DNA from: Deltaproteobacteria bacterium
GTDB lineage: Bacteria > Myxococcota_A > Polyangia > Fen-1088
DNA length: 56,086 nt
Assembly (NCBI GenBank): GCA_034439895.1
Contig: JAWXBF010000248.1
Location: 1-56,086, forward strand
Reading direction: 5' to 3'
A model generated the notes under the pieces. The model made no database searches, was not told the DNA's origin, and saw nothing but the letters and a program-made list of their open reading frames with translations. Shown piece after piece: positions 44,806-55,387 of the stretch. Numbering within the stretch: the stretch's first letter is position 1; each line of letters starts with the position of its first letter. A program made the translations under genes and the position numbers.

Positions 44806-45918
44806 TCAGGGGGTCGCGGGAGCGGGTGCAGCGGCGGGTGCGGATTTCGGCTCGGCAGGCTTTTCAACGGCCGCCGCAGGCTTCGGTGTATCGGGTTTTC
44901 CGACAAAGAGACGGCGGATGTCCTTGAAGGATACAAAGACCATCAAGCCCAACATCAACACCATGCCGACCATGTGAACCATTGCTTCGGCCTTGGCGGT
45001 AATCTGCTTTATCCCAAGGCCTTGAGCGAGGATAAAGATGATTCGACCTCCATCAAGCGCTGGCAACGGCAGCAAGTTGAAGAGGCCGAGATAAACCGAC
45101 AGGATCATAACGAGCTGAATGAATTCGAGAGGCCCTCGTTGTGCAGCCTGGCTCATCTGCTGTGCGATGCCGATGGGGCCCGAAAGCTCTGCTTTGACAG
45201 CGCCTCGAACCATGTCCCAGAGGCCCGTTAGGATACGGCCCGACACTTCGATCGGCATGACGAAGGCATGGCCAATCGCCGCGCCGACAGAAACGGGCAC
45301 CCGTATCACTTCTAGGACGATGCCAAGACGGTAGGAACCATCGATTTTCGCGGGCGCGATCACCAGCGTCTGTTCCTTTCCCGCACGCCGGATGATCACG
45401 GGGATCGGATTGCCACCCGATGCCTCGACGATCTTGTTGATGGGCGCGGTCACCGAAATTGCCTTGCCATCGGCCTGCAACAGTTCGTCGTCGGACTGCA
45501 AACCAGCCGCAGCGGCCGGCGTGCCGGGTTGAACGGTACCCACCTTCAACATGTCGCCAGGAATACCCGAAAGCGTGAAAATTGCGAGCGCGATAAGAAT
45601 GGCGGTGAGGTAGTTGGCGGCGGGACCGGCCACCAGAACCGCAAGACGCATCCACCGTGGTCGATTCGGATAGACGTAGGGATCATTCGCGTCGAATTCT
45701 TCATGTGGGTTGAGTCCCGTGATTTGCACGAAGCCACCCAAAGGAATCGGCGCAAGCTGATAAATCGTATCGCCACGCTTGAACTTCAGAATCGGGTTGC
45801 CGAACCCAATCGAGAAGCGCTCGACCCGCATGCCGCACAGGCGGGCAACAATAAAATGGCCCCACTCGTGAAAGACAATGAGTAGACCAAGACCAAGAAT
45901 CGAAAACGCGATCGACAC
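44806..45918 (-). CDS. rseP: RIP (site-2) zinc metalloprotease, M50 family, with a PDZ domain and a Pro/Ala-rich tail
   Basis: HEWGHFIVAR (HExxH), an internal PDZ (GTPAAAAGLQSDDELLQADG), NLLPLPALDGG. Tail KPDTPKPAAAVEKPAEPKSAPAAAPAPATP. Confidence 0.9.
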   Translation of the reverse strand: MSIAFSILGLGLLIVFHEWGHFIVARLCGMRVERFSIGFGNPILKFKRGDTIYQLAPIPLGGFVQITGLNPHEEFDANDPYVYPNRPRWMRLAVLVAGPAANYLTAILIALAIFTLSGIPGDMLKVGTVQPGTPAAAAGLQSDDELLQADGKAISVTAPINKIVEASGGNPIPVIIRRAGKEQTLVIAPAKIDGSYRLGIVLEVIRVPVSVGAAIGHAFVMPIEVSGRILTGLWDMVRGAVKAELSGPIGIAQQMSQAAQRGPLEFIQLVMILSVYLGLFNLLPLPALDGGRIIFILAQGLGIKQITAKAEAMVHMVGMVLMLGLMVFVSFKDIRRLFVGKPDTPKPAAAVEKPAEPKSAPAAAPAPATP

Positions 45919-45950
45919 GCTGAAAAGGTAGCAGATAGATCGGCGGGTCC

Positions 45951-46550
45951 CTAGCGAACCGGGTTCGTGCTCAGTTTGCGCAGGGAGGCGAGCGTAAACT
46001 CACGCAATCGCACAAGCGGATTGGCAAGTGTCGCCGCGCGGGGCAAGCCCAGCGTCAGAACGGAAAGAAGCTGCGCTTCTCGTAAAAACCGGCGCTCGAA
46101 TTCGAGCGAGTCCGCGCGCGCGCGCGCGATGGCTCCCGACGCCGTGTCCCGGCGACACACCACGAATCGACCAGGAACAATGACAGCGTCGTGGCCCTGT
46201 GCCAACCGATGGAGCGCAAGACCCAGGGGCGCCAGAGGACCGACGTTTGAATGCGCTCGCAAGAGCAAGAGGTCTTTGCCGGTAGCCTGCATGGCACCTG
46301 CACAAAAAACTCGGCCACTTGAATCGCGGTTAACCACCGACAGCATTCCACCCGGCGTTCGGTCGGCGAGGAGTCGCAACACAGCAAGGCTGTTGTCACG
46401 GGAGCCCTCGTTGACGGCGATGAGTTCAAACGTCTTGCCAAGCGCCGTGAGATGCCGAATCGCATCACGGACAGTGTGACCTATGGAATCCTCGCTGTCG
46501 CCAAACGCGAGAATCACAGACAGTTCCGGAAACTTCTTGGACTCATCCAT
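45951..46550 (-). CDS. Short GT2-like (GT-A fold) protein with degenerate acidic motifs
   Basis: The layout mirrors GT2: LSVILAFGDSEDSI, then FELIAVNEGSRDNS in place of ..VDDGSTD.., then GKDLLLLRAHSN where the DXD motif normally sits. Confidence 0.6.
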   Translation of the reverse strand: MDESKKFPELSVILAFGDSEDSIGHTVRDAIRHLTALGKTFELIAVNEGSRDNSLAVLRLLADRTPGGMLSVVNRDSSGRVFCAGAMQATGKDLLLLRAHSNVGPLAPLGLALHRLAQGHDAVIVPGRFVVCRRDTASGAIARARADSLEFERRFLREAQLLSVLTLGLPRAATLANPLVRLREFTLASLRKLSTNPVR

Positions 46551-46654
46551 CCAACACTCCTTGGGTACACCTCAAGCATGTTCCGGGCCAGGCTGTTTGT
46601 GCAACTATTCCATCACGGATGGCCCGGAGGTGGCCTCCCGAGAGGCCGAGCGCG

Positions 46655-47752
46655 TCATGCGCTGGCGAATGCGTGCGCAGGGAACGTTGCAGGTGCCACC
46701 GGCGTTGCGCATGCGTTGAGCAACGCGCCAAGGGCGCAAGCCAGATCGTGCCGATCACCTTCCTTGAAAATTTGTACCGACGGACCCGGCAACACCCCCT
46801 CGGCAGCGGAGGCCGACACGACCAGGGGCACCCCGAGGGCAAGGGCTTCTCGCACCACAAGCGGTGCACCTTCACATCGCCCATCGGAAAGCGTACGACT
46901 CGGAACGACGAGTGCGCTTGTCTGCGCCAGGTATTGCGCAACCTCGGATGGTGGCACTCGACCGCACATCGTCAGATCCACCGACAGTCGATGCGCAAGC
47001 GACACCAACCGTTCACGCAGCGGTCCATCACCAAGCAACACCACGTCCGGCCTGTTCGAGCGTGGCATGCGCGCCACCGAGAACAATAAATCCTCAAACC
47101 CCTTGATCGGTACGAGACGTCCAATACCGAGTACAAAGTGGGAGCGCGGCAACACCCTCTTTCTGCTGTCGAAGATTGCCGCAGGTTTCATCGCCGCAAC
47201 CTGCACCGACGGCAACTGAAACCCTTGCCCGCACAGAACCAACAAGCGTTTGCGAAGAGATTCGCTGACCACCTGAAGGCTGTCCACCTCGCGCAAGATC
47301 ATGCGTGTCAAGGACGATCCCAGCGGGATATTTTCCAGCATCGCAACATCACCCGAATGTACAACCACATGATGCCGAGGCCGGCGTTTTCTCGGGGTAT
47401 CCGCAAAAGCCAGCGCAACGGCAAGCGCCGAGGGCACCAGCCAGTGGCTCTCGATGGCATCGCATTCCGCAAGCTGTTTTCGTACGGCGGCGGATTGTTG
47501 CAAGGTGAACCTGAGCGAACAAAAACCGGCACGGATGCGCCCCATCGACGCGAGGCGTTCGGGTGCGCCCTCGCCGCCGAAGAGCGGACTGTCGATCCGC
47601 AGCACATCTCGCGACGCCGTATCGGGGCCGGCCGCAACGACCGAGACCGTCCAACCGAGTCCGACCTTCCCATGAACGCGGGTCGCGACAAAACTACCCG
47701 CGAAGTCATTCGCATCACGTGGGTAAGACGTCGTGACGATGCCCAGTTTCAT
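46655..47752 (-). CDS. Glycosyltransferase family 4 (GT-B)
   Basis: MKLGIVTTSYP.. start (ATG 47752). C-terminal EX7E-type block VVPSRTLSDGRCEGAPLVVREALALGVPLVVS. Confidence 0.85.
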   Translation of the reverse strand: MKLGIVTTSYPRDANDFAGSFVATRVHGKVGLGWTVSVVAAGPDTASRDVLRIDSPLFGGEGAPERLASMGRIRAGFCSLRFTLQQSAAVRKQLAECDAIESHWLVPSALAVALAFADTPRKRRPRHHVVVHSGDVAMLENIPLGSSLTRMILREVDSLQVVSESLRKRLLVLCGQGFQLPSVQVAAMKPAAIFDSRKRVLPRSHFVLGIGRLVPIKGFEDLLFSVARMPRSNRPDVVLLGDGPLRERLVSLAHRLSVDLTMCGRVPPSEVAQYLAQTSALVVPSRTLSDGRCEGAPLVVREALALGVPLVVSASAAEGVLPGPSVQIFKEGDRHDLACALGALLNACATPVAPATFPAHAFASA

Positions 47753-47762
47753 TACCCAACCA

Positions 47763-48548
47763 TCACGGCGTTTCGCGGCCGTGCAACGCACGTGCATCGC
47801 CATTCGAAAGTCCCATCAGCGCACGCAGCGAAAAGCGCGATCTCCAACCCCGCCACAACAAACCAAGGATGGGCAGCGCCACCACATGAGGCTGAATACC
47901 CGACCGCCAGCCGGGGCCGTAGACCGGACGAACGGCGACATCTTTTACGGACAGTCGAGCGGCGCACAACTGAATCAGCAACGCATTGGGATACCCATAT
48001 CGCCGAAACACGGGAGCGGAAACAATAACCGCAAGCGCTTTGCGCGAAGCTGCGGTGTAACCGCATTGCGAATCGAAGAACGAATAATTCCCCGTCGCCA
48101 ACCGCGTGAGATGCGACAAAACCACATTGCCGATCCAGCGCGAAACAGGCATCAACCTAAACGCACTTTCGGCGCTGGCCCACGCGAATCGATTGCCCTT
48201 GGCGTAGTCGGCGGTGCCACTGGCCACGGGGTCGAGCAATCCGGGAAGATCACCCGGGCACATTTGACTGTCGCCGGCCATGACCGCCGCCACGTCGCAA
48301 CCGAGGGCCAGCGCCCGTCGGTATCCGGTTACGATTGCGGCTCCGACGCCGAGATTTTCCGTGTGCACAACAACTTCCAGTCCGTGTCGTACGAATGCAG
48401 CAGCCAGTGCAGCGGTATTGTCCCGGCTTCCATCGTCCACGACGATCACGGCGTCGACAAAGGCCGGGATCGACGCAAGGGTTTGCGCAATCTTGTCTGC
48501 CTCGTTGTATGCTGGCACCACAACCGCAATCCGGTGGTTTTGATACAC
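47763..48548 (-). CDS. Glycosyltransferase family 2
   Basis: IAVVVPAYNEADKI, VIVVDDGSRDNT, ENLGVGAAIVTGY, AAVMAGDSQM. Confidence 0.85.
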   Translation of the reverse strand: MYQNHRIAVVVPAYNEADKIAQTLASIPAFVDAVIVVDDGSRDNTAALAAAFVRHGLEVVVHTENLGVGAAIVTGYRRALALGCDVAAVMAGDSQMCPGDLPGLLDPVASGTADYAKGNRFAWASAESAFRLMPVSRWIGNVVLSHLTRLATGNYSFFDSQCGYTAASRKALAVIVSAPVFRRYGYPNALLIQLCAARLSVKDVAVRPVYGPGWRSGIQPHVVALPILGLLWRGWRSRFSLRALMGLSNGDARALHGRETP

Positions 48549-48563
48549 CGCTACCGACTCTCT

Positions 48564-50288
<1,725 letters not shown>

Positions 50289-50365
50289 TCTATCCCAGAA
50301 TCATGGAAATATCGCGATTTCCACGGTTATTTGGGTCGCGGGTGAAAGTTCAGCTGATTACGGGA

Positions 50366-51175
50366 TCAGCGCAGATCCACGGTACCAATGGAACCGGAGG
50401 TCGTCTGCCTTCCCGACATGAGCAACACGGCGGCAACGGCGCCGAGCACCACGACGCCTACACCACCCCACAGCCAACCACTTTTCAGGATCGACTCGTC
50501 CTGCTTCTCGGGCTGTGCTTGTGCGGCAATTCGGCTGCTCTCAAGCAAAGGAACGACACGGCGTCTGGGTTCATCGTCGCCGCGTTGGTTGCGTGCGCTG
50601 CGTTGGGTGGAAAATAGGTCTACCTCGGCGTCGTCTTCCTCCGCATCCGCCGACGGACCGGCCGAAGGCTCTGCTGCGGCAAGGGGCGGGGTGGATTGCT
50701 CGGCAGATGCTGCCTCCGGTTCCGCGGCGTTGGGCGTGGGCGCCACGACCTCATGCATACCCAACTCGGCCTTGAGTTGCTCGACCATGCGTTCGACCTC
50801 GCTGCGCTTCGGCAGGTTGGGTTCAGACTTCAATAGCCCGTCAAAGGTCGCAAGTGCCTCTTGTTTCTGGCCCAGCTTTCGCTGGCACACGCCGATATTC
50901 AGCAAAAATCCGTTGATCCGGGTAAGCGCGAAGCCAGCCTGAAACTCATCCATGGCGGCCTTGAAATCCCCCTTGTCAAAGTGGGCTCGACCGGCGGCAA
51001 AACGCGCTTTTCCCTCCTCCAGATCGGTGGCGCTTGCCGAAGGCGCCGAGTGCGTTTCGTCCGCCCGGGCCACGCCGACAGTGGATGAACCGAGCCACGC
51101 AAGGGTGAAAACCACAACAAAGCGTCTCTTTTTGCGCACGTTAAGGTAAACACTTGATGGAACGGAAATGAGCAT
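50366..51175 (-). CDS. Secreted TPR-repeat protein with an acidic linker and a C-terminal membrane anchor
   Basis: Signal ..RRFVVVFTLAWLGSSTVGVARA. TPR-like GKARFAAGRAHFDKGDFKAAMDEFQAGF.. C-terminal TM WLWGGVGVVVLGAVAAVLLM. The start is ambiguous: ATG 51175 overlaps the divergent thiD-like start, and GTG 51139 avoids the overlap. Confidence 0.65.
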   Translation of the reverse strand: MLISVPSSVYLNVRKKRRFVVVFTLAWLGSSTVGVARADETHSAPSASATDLEEGKARFAAGRAHFDKGDFKAAMDEFQAGFALTRINGFLLNIGVCQRKLGQKQEALATFDGLLKSEPNLPKRSEVERMVEQLKAELGMHEVVAPTPNAAEPEAASAEQSTPPLAAAEPSAGPSADAEEDDAEVDLFSTQRSARNQRGDDEPRRRVVPLLESSRIAAQAQPEKQDESILKSGWLWGGVGVVVLGAVAAVLLMSGRQTTSGSIGTVDLR

Positions 51176-51953
51176 TCCGACGGTGATCGCAGTGGGTGGC
51201 CTTGACGATGGGGCTGCCGCGGGTCTGACGCGCGACGCCCAAACGGCCATCACGCTGGGAGTCGACTGTCGCCTCGTCGGGACCGCCTGGACCCGGCAGA
51301 TCGGCAACCCGGATCAGGGTGGCTTTGAGGCCCGAGACCCCAGGGCAGTGGGAAGTCACCTGCGGTTTCTGCTGCAATCGAAAGCCTCCGGCCCCATCGC
51401 AGTCAAGATCGGGATGGTCGCAACGCGCGCCGTCGCAGGCGAGATCGCCGACTGCCTGGCGCAACCTGAGTGGTCTCATTTGCCGGTGGTTTTCGATCCG
51501 GTATTGGCCACCTCGTCGGGACTGTCGCTTTTTCGAGATGGCGGCGATGTGCTGACGGCACTCCGCCCTCTCATCCACCGTGCGACCGTTCTGACACCCA
51601 ATCGCGCGGAGCTCGGCGCGTTGACCGGCCGATCCGTCGAAAACGCCGAGCAAGCGGAGGCCGCCGCGCGCGCGCTGCTTTTGACCGGAGTTCCGGCGGT
51701 CCTCGTCAAGGGGGGCCACTTTGAGGGACCCGCGACCGACCGACTTTGCCGTATCGAAAGCACCCTTTGCTTCGTTCGCGATCGCATCGTGGGTCGCGAT
51801 CCACGCGGAACGGGCTGTGCACTTGCCACCGCCATCGCGGTCAATCTTGCCCGGGGCGAGAACCTCGAATGCGCCTGTCGTTCCGCTGGCGATTGGCACC
51901 GGACCCAGATCGCGATGTCGGTTCAACGCGACGGCACGTGGCACCTGCCCTGA
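51168..51953 (+). CDS. thiD: Hydroxymethylpyrimidine/phosphomethylpyrimidine kinase-like (ribokinase superfamily)
   Basis: VIAVGGLDDGAAAGL..D, LTPNRAELGAL, VLVKGGH, RGTGCALATAIA. The N-terminal glycine motif diverges from canonical ThiD. Confidence 0.6.
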   Translation: MSIPTVIAVGGLDDGAAAGLTRDAQTAITLGVDCRLVGTAWTRQIGNPDQGGFEARDPRAVGSHLRFLLQSKASGPIAVKIGMVATRAVAGEIADCLAQPEWSHLPVVFDPVLATSSGLSLFRDGGDVLTALRPLIHRATVLTPNRAELGALTGRSVENAEQAEAAARALLLTGVPAVLVKGGHFEGPATDRLCRIESTLCFVRDRIVGRDPRGTGCALATAIAVNLARGENLECACRSAGDWHRTQIAMSVQRDGTWHLP

Positions 51954-51995
51954 GCTCAAATTTACAAGTTCTCGGTACCCGCCGATACTTGTGCG

Positions 51996-53036
51996 ATGTC
52001 GCAAACAACAAAACCGGTGGTGATGGGCGTCGCCGGCGCGTCGGGCTGGGGGAAAAACGTCGTTCGGGCATTTTCAATCGCACGCGGTGGTTCATTGCGA
52101 TGGGTCTGCGACCTGAATCCCGAATTGCTTGCGGCCACCGAACAACGCCACCCCGGAATTCGTACCACAAATTCATGGGACACGGTCCTTGCTGACGACG
52201 ACGTGAAAGCGGTGGCGATCGCGGTCGACGTGCCAAATCACTACACGCTGGCGAAACAATCGTTGCTGGCGGGAAGACACGTCTTTGTGGAAAAACCACT
52301 GACCCTCAAGGGAAAAGACGCCTCGCATCTTTGTGAACTCGCCCAGGAACGCAACCTCATTCTCATGGTCGGACATCTTCTGCTCTATCACCCTGCGATC
52401 GAAATGGCGAAAGCCCGCATCGACAGTGGCGAGTTTGGGGATGTGTATTACATTTACAGTCAGCGTGTGAACCTGGGCGTGGTGCGCGAAAAAGAAAACG
52501 CGTGGTGGTCGCTCGCGCCACATGACATCGCGGTCGCAATGTACCTGTTCGGGGGGGCGCCCGAATCGGTATCCGCCACCGGCGCCGTCTACTTGCAACG
52601 CGAAAAAGGGGTCGAGGATATCGCCTTCGCTGCCTTGCGTTTTCCGGGCGGCCGAATGGCGCACGTCCAGGTGTCCTGGCTCGATCCCCACAAACAACGA
52701 AGTCTGACCATTGTCGGTAGCAAGAAGATGCTGACGTTTGACGACACGGCCTCCGACGACAAGGTTCGCATCTACGACAAAAGCGCGATCCCCCGCGCAG
52801 GGTTCTCGACCTTTGCCGAAGGCGTTGCCGTCCGCACAGGTGACATGTTGGCACCGGCGCTGGCCAACACCGAACCCCTGCTGGCGGAATGTGAACATTT
52901 CCTCGATAGCGTTCGCACTGGAAAGCAACCCCGCAGCGACGGTCGGCAGGGATTGGCAGTTGTGCAGGCGCTGGAGGCGGGTCAACAATCCATGGCGTTG
53001 GGCGGAACGCCCGTGGCAATTCGTACGGAGACATGA
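51996..53036 (+). CDS. Cytoplasmic Gfo/Idh/MocA family oxidoreductase (WbpB-like sugar-nucleotide dehydrogenase)
   Basis: VVMGVAGASGWGKN, VAIAVDVPNHYTLAKQSLLAGRHVFVEKPL, no signal peptide. Translationally coupled (ATGA) to a hexapeptide acetyltransferase. Confidence 0.85.
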   Translation: MSQTTKPVVMGVAGASGWGKNVVRAFSIARGGSLRWVCDLNPELLAATEQRHPGIRTTNSWDTVLADDDVKAVAIAVDVPNHYTLAKQSLLAGRHVFVEKPLTLKGKDASHLCELAQERNLILMVGHLLLYHPAIEMAKARIDSGEFGDVYYIYSQRVNLGVVREKENAWWSLAPHDIAVAMYLFGGAPESVSATGAVYLQREKGVEDIAFAALRFPGGRMAHVQVSWLDPHKQRSLTIVGSKKMLTFDDTASDDKVRIYDKSAIPRAGFSTFAEGVAVRTGDMLAPALANTEPLLAECEHFLDSVRTGKQPRSDGRQGLAVVQALEAGQQSMALGGTPVAIRTET

Positions 53037-53641
53037 ACGTGAGCAAGCGAAAAAAAGCCTACATTCACGCAAGTGCGGTGGTCGACAAGGGTGCGCACAT
53101 TGGACAAGACAGCAGCGTGTGGCACTTTTGCCACCTGATGCCGGGCGCCCGCATCGGCATCGGCTGTAGCCTCGGCCAGAATGTTTTCATGGCCAAGACG
53201 GCGATCATGGGCGACCGCTGCAAGATCCAGAACAACGTATCCCTCTACGACGGCGTGATCTTGCACGATGACGTATTCGTGGGGCCATCTGCGGTTTTCA
53301 CAAACGTGATCAATCCTCGCGCCAACATCGTTCGCAAAGAGGAATATCGCAAGACCGAGGTCGAGCACGGTGCAACGATTGGTGCCAACTGCACGATCGT
53401 ATGCGGCAATCGAATCGGAGCGCATGCGTTGATTGCCGCAGGCGCGGTCGTCACACACGATGTGCCTCCCTTTGCCCTGATGGCCGGGGTACCGGCCCGT
53501 CGCATCGCCTGGGTCTGCGTGTGCGGCGTCACCTTGCCCAAGACCGAAACATCCAAAATTTCGTGCACTGGGTGCACGGCAGCCTACCGTCTGGTCGGCC
53601 GTGGTGACCAGCAAACCCTGCTCGCAGTCGAAAAGACCTGA
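53033..53641 (+). CDS. Hexapeptide-repeat (left-handed beta-helix) N-acetyltransferase, WbpD/WlbB-like
   Basis: Repeating [LIV]-G-x4 turns: IHASAVVDKGAHIGQDSSVWHFCHLMPGARIGIGCSLGQNVFM.., GATIGANCTIVCGNRIGAHALIAAGAVV. Confidence 0.85.
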   Translation: MNVSKRKKAYIHASAVVDKGAHIGQDSSVWHFCHLMPGARIGIGCSLGQNVFMAKTAIMGDRCKIQNNVSLYDGVILHDDVFVGPSAVFTNVINPRANIVRKEEYRKTEVEHGATIGANCTIVCGNRIGAHALIAAGAVVTHDVPPFALMAGVPARRIAWVCVCGVTLPKTETSKISCTGCTAAYRLVGRGDQQTLLAVEKT

Positions 53642-53651
53642 GGCCCGAGGG

Positions 53652-54959
53652 CTATTCCAGACTGTTCGATTTCCAGAGCGTCGGAAAAAGACGAATCCAG
53701 ACAATCGTCACACCTAGCGCACCGACACCGCCCATAATTACAGCCCGAACCGGGCCAATAAACCGTGCGACGAATCCGCTCTCGAACTCGCCTAGTTCGT
53801 TCGATGCGCCGATAAACAAGGTCGAGACGGCGCCAACACGACCCCGCATCGCATCGGGCGTCACCAGCTGAACCAGCGTTTGTCGAACAAAGACCGAGAT
53901 CATATCTGCACCGCCGAGAACGCCGAGCATCACCGCCGAAAGTGCCAGATTGCGCGAAAAACCAAAACCGATGGTTGCGAGTGCAAAGATCCCGACGCCT
54001 GAAAACATGATCACGCCGGCGCGGCGTCGAATTGGGTTCGCGGCCAGATAGAGGGCCACCACCGTTGCGCCCGCGGCCGGCGCTGCTCGCAGCACACCAA
54101 AACCCGATGCACCGACATGCAATACATCGCGCGCAAAGGCAGGCAAAAGGGCTGTCGCCCCGCCGAGTAGCACCGCGCAAAGATCGAGCGAAATCGCGCC
54201 GAACACGATCTGGTTGGTCCAAACGTAGTGCAGACCCTCTTTCATGAGGGACCAGCGCGATCCAGGTTTAGCAACAGGTTGCGAGTCCGTGCGAATGCGC
54301 ACCAACACCAGCACCGAAACCGAATACAACAGCACCGAAACACCAAACGCCAGCGTGGGCGAAACCGCGACGAGGATGCCCCCGATAGCGGGGCCCACAA
54401 CGGCAGAGGTCTGCCACGCAAGCGAGTTCCAGGCGATTGCGCGAGGAAGCAGCGTTCGGGGAACCAACATGGGACCGAGCGCTGAAGAGGCCGGTGCAAA
54501 AAAGACCCGGGCGCAGCCATAGAGGGCAGCTACCGACAAAAGCAGCGCCATGTTGCGCACCCGAAAGAAACTGAGTGCGGTCAACGTCGTGACGACGGCA
54601 ATCTGTCCAAGAAGACACCACGTGAGTACCCGACGGCGATTGTATCGATCAACGGCTTCGCCTGCAGGCAGTGTCAAAAGCAACACGGGTAGAAACGAGA
54701 CGAGGCCGACCATCCCGAGCATGAAGCTGGAACGGGCAACGTCCATGGTTTCCCGTGCGACGGCATAAACCTGCCAGCCGAGTGCCACACTTTGAATCAG
54801 GCCGCCGAGCGCGCCAGCCGCGCGTGACACCCAAAACAATCGGTAGTCTCGCAGCGCAAAAAGCGCCGAGGTCGAGTCATCGGAGTGGGGCGCGCTTTCA
54901 GACACCGGGGCCCTGACCCTAGCACGGGCAGAACACGGGCTAGCCGCTGCCCTTGTCAC
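53652..54959 (-). CDS. MFS transporter (12-TM, EntS/MFS_3-like)
   Basis: Twelve hydrophobic segments. N-terminal FRLFWVSRAAGALG and loop motif AGEAVDRYNRRR. The ATG 54959 start overlaps the upstream stop by 20 nt. GTG 54905 is an alternative. Confidence 0.85.
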   Translation of the reverse strand: MTRAAASPCSARARVRAPVSESAPHSDDSTSALFALRDYRLFWVSRAAGALGGLIQSVALGWQVYAVARETMDVARSSFMLGMVGLVSFLPVLLLTLPAGEAVDRYNRRRVLTWCLLGQIAVVTTLTALSFFRVRNMALLLSVAALYGCARVFFAPASSALGPMLVPRTLLPRAIAWNSLAWQTSAVVGPAIGGILVAVSPTLAFGVSVLLYSVSVLVLVRIRTDSQPVAKPGSRWSLMKEGLHYVWTNQIVFGAISLDLCAVLLGGATALLPAFARDVLHVGASGFGVLRAAPAAGATVVALYLAANPIRRRAGVIMFSGVGIFALATIGFGFSRNLALSAVMLGVLGGADMISVFVRQTLVQLVTPDAMRGRVGAVSTLFIGASNELGEFESGFVARFIGPVRAVIMGGVGALGVTIVWIRLFPTLWKSNSLE

Positions 54960-55302
54960 CGGTGGTAGTGCTCAACAACCGACCGTTCTCGAAATACAAA
55001 TAGCGGCGAAAGCGATTGGACCCCAGATCGTATTCCATTTCGTCGATGACAACCTCGACGATCCGCTCTTCGATGAAGTTGCCCACTCGGATCCGTATCG
55101 TCCGAAACTCGGTTCGATGCATTTCGGCTGCTGGCTCTCCGCATTTGTCGATGACGCGGTTTATCCACTCACCGGTTGAGATGATCCGGCCGTTGCAGCG
55201 AAAACCATCGTCGGCCCGGGCGGGACGCACCACCGCCGCGCCACCAAACAGACCAAGCGACGCAGTGAAAATCAGAATCGAATGCAGGCGGACGCGAGCC
55301 AT
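54940..55302 (-). CDS. DUF2845 domain-containing secreted protein
   Basis: Signal MARVRLHSILIFTASLGLFGGAAVVRPARA. Family-typical FRCNGRIISTGEWINRVIDKCGEP .. YLYFENGRLLS. Confidence 0.7.
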   Translation of the reverse strand: MARVRLHSILIFTASLGLFGGAAVVRPARADDGFRCNGRIISTGEWINRVIDKCGEPAAEMHRTEFRTIRIRVGNFIEERIVEVVIDEMEYDLGSNRFRRYLYFENGRLLSTTTGDKGSG

Positions 55303-55328
55303 CCCGAAACGCTAGCGTGATTCGTGTG

Positions 55329-55376
55329 ACCCGTCCCCCGTCGGGCGTTTTTGCACCTTTTAGGGGCGGGACGGGT
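55329..55376 (-). terminator. Long-range GC hairpin downstream of the LamG gene (weak terminator or attenuator candidate)
   Basis: ACCCGTCCC (55329-55337) pairs with GGGACGGGT (55368-55376), with a loop of about 30 nt. There is no U-tract after the stem on the minus strand. Confidence 0.25.
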
Positions 55377-55387
55377 AGCAACGCGGC

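Noticed and set aside
51100-51170. Possible TPP riboswitch upstream of the thiD-like gene
   Set aside because: The divergent TPR gene starts within 0-30 nt of the thiD-like ATG. That leaves no room for the approximately 100-nt THI element, and no CUGAGA core was seen.
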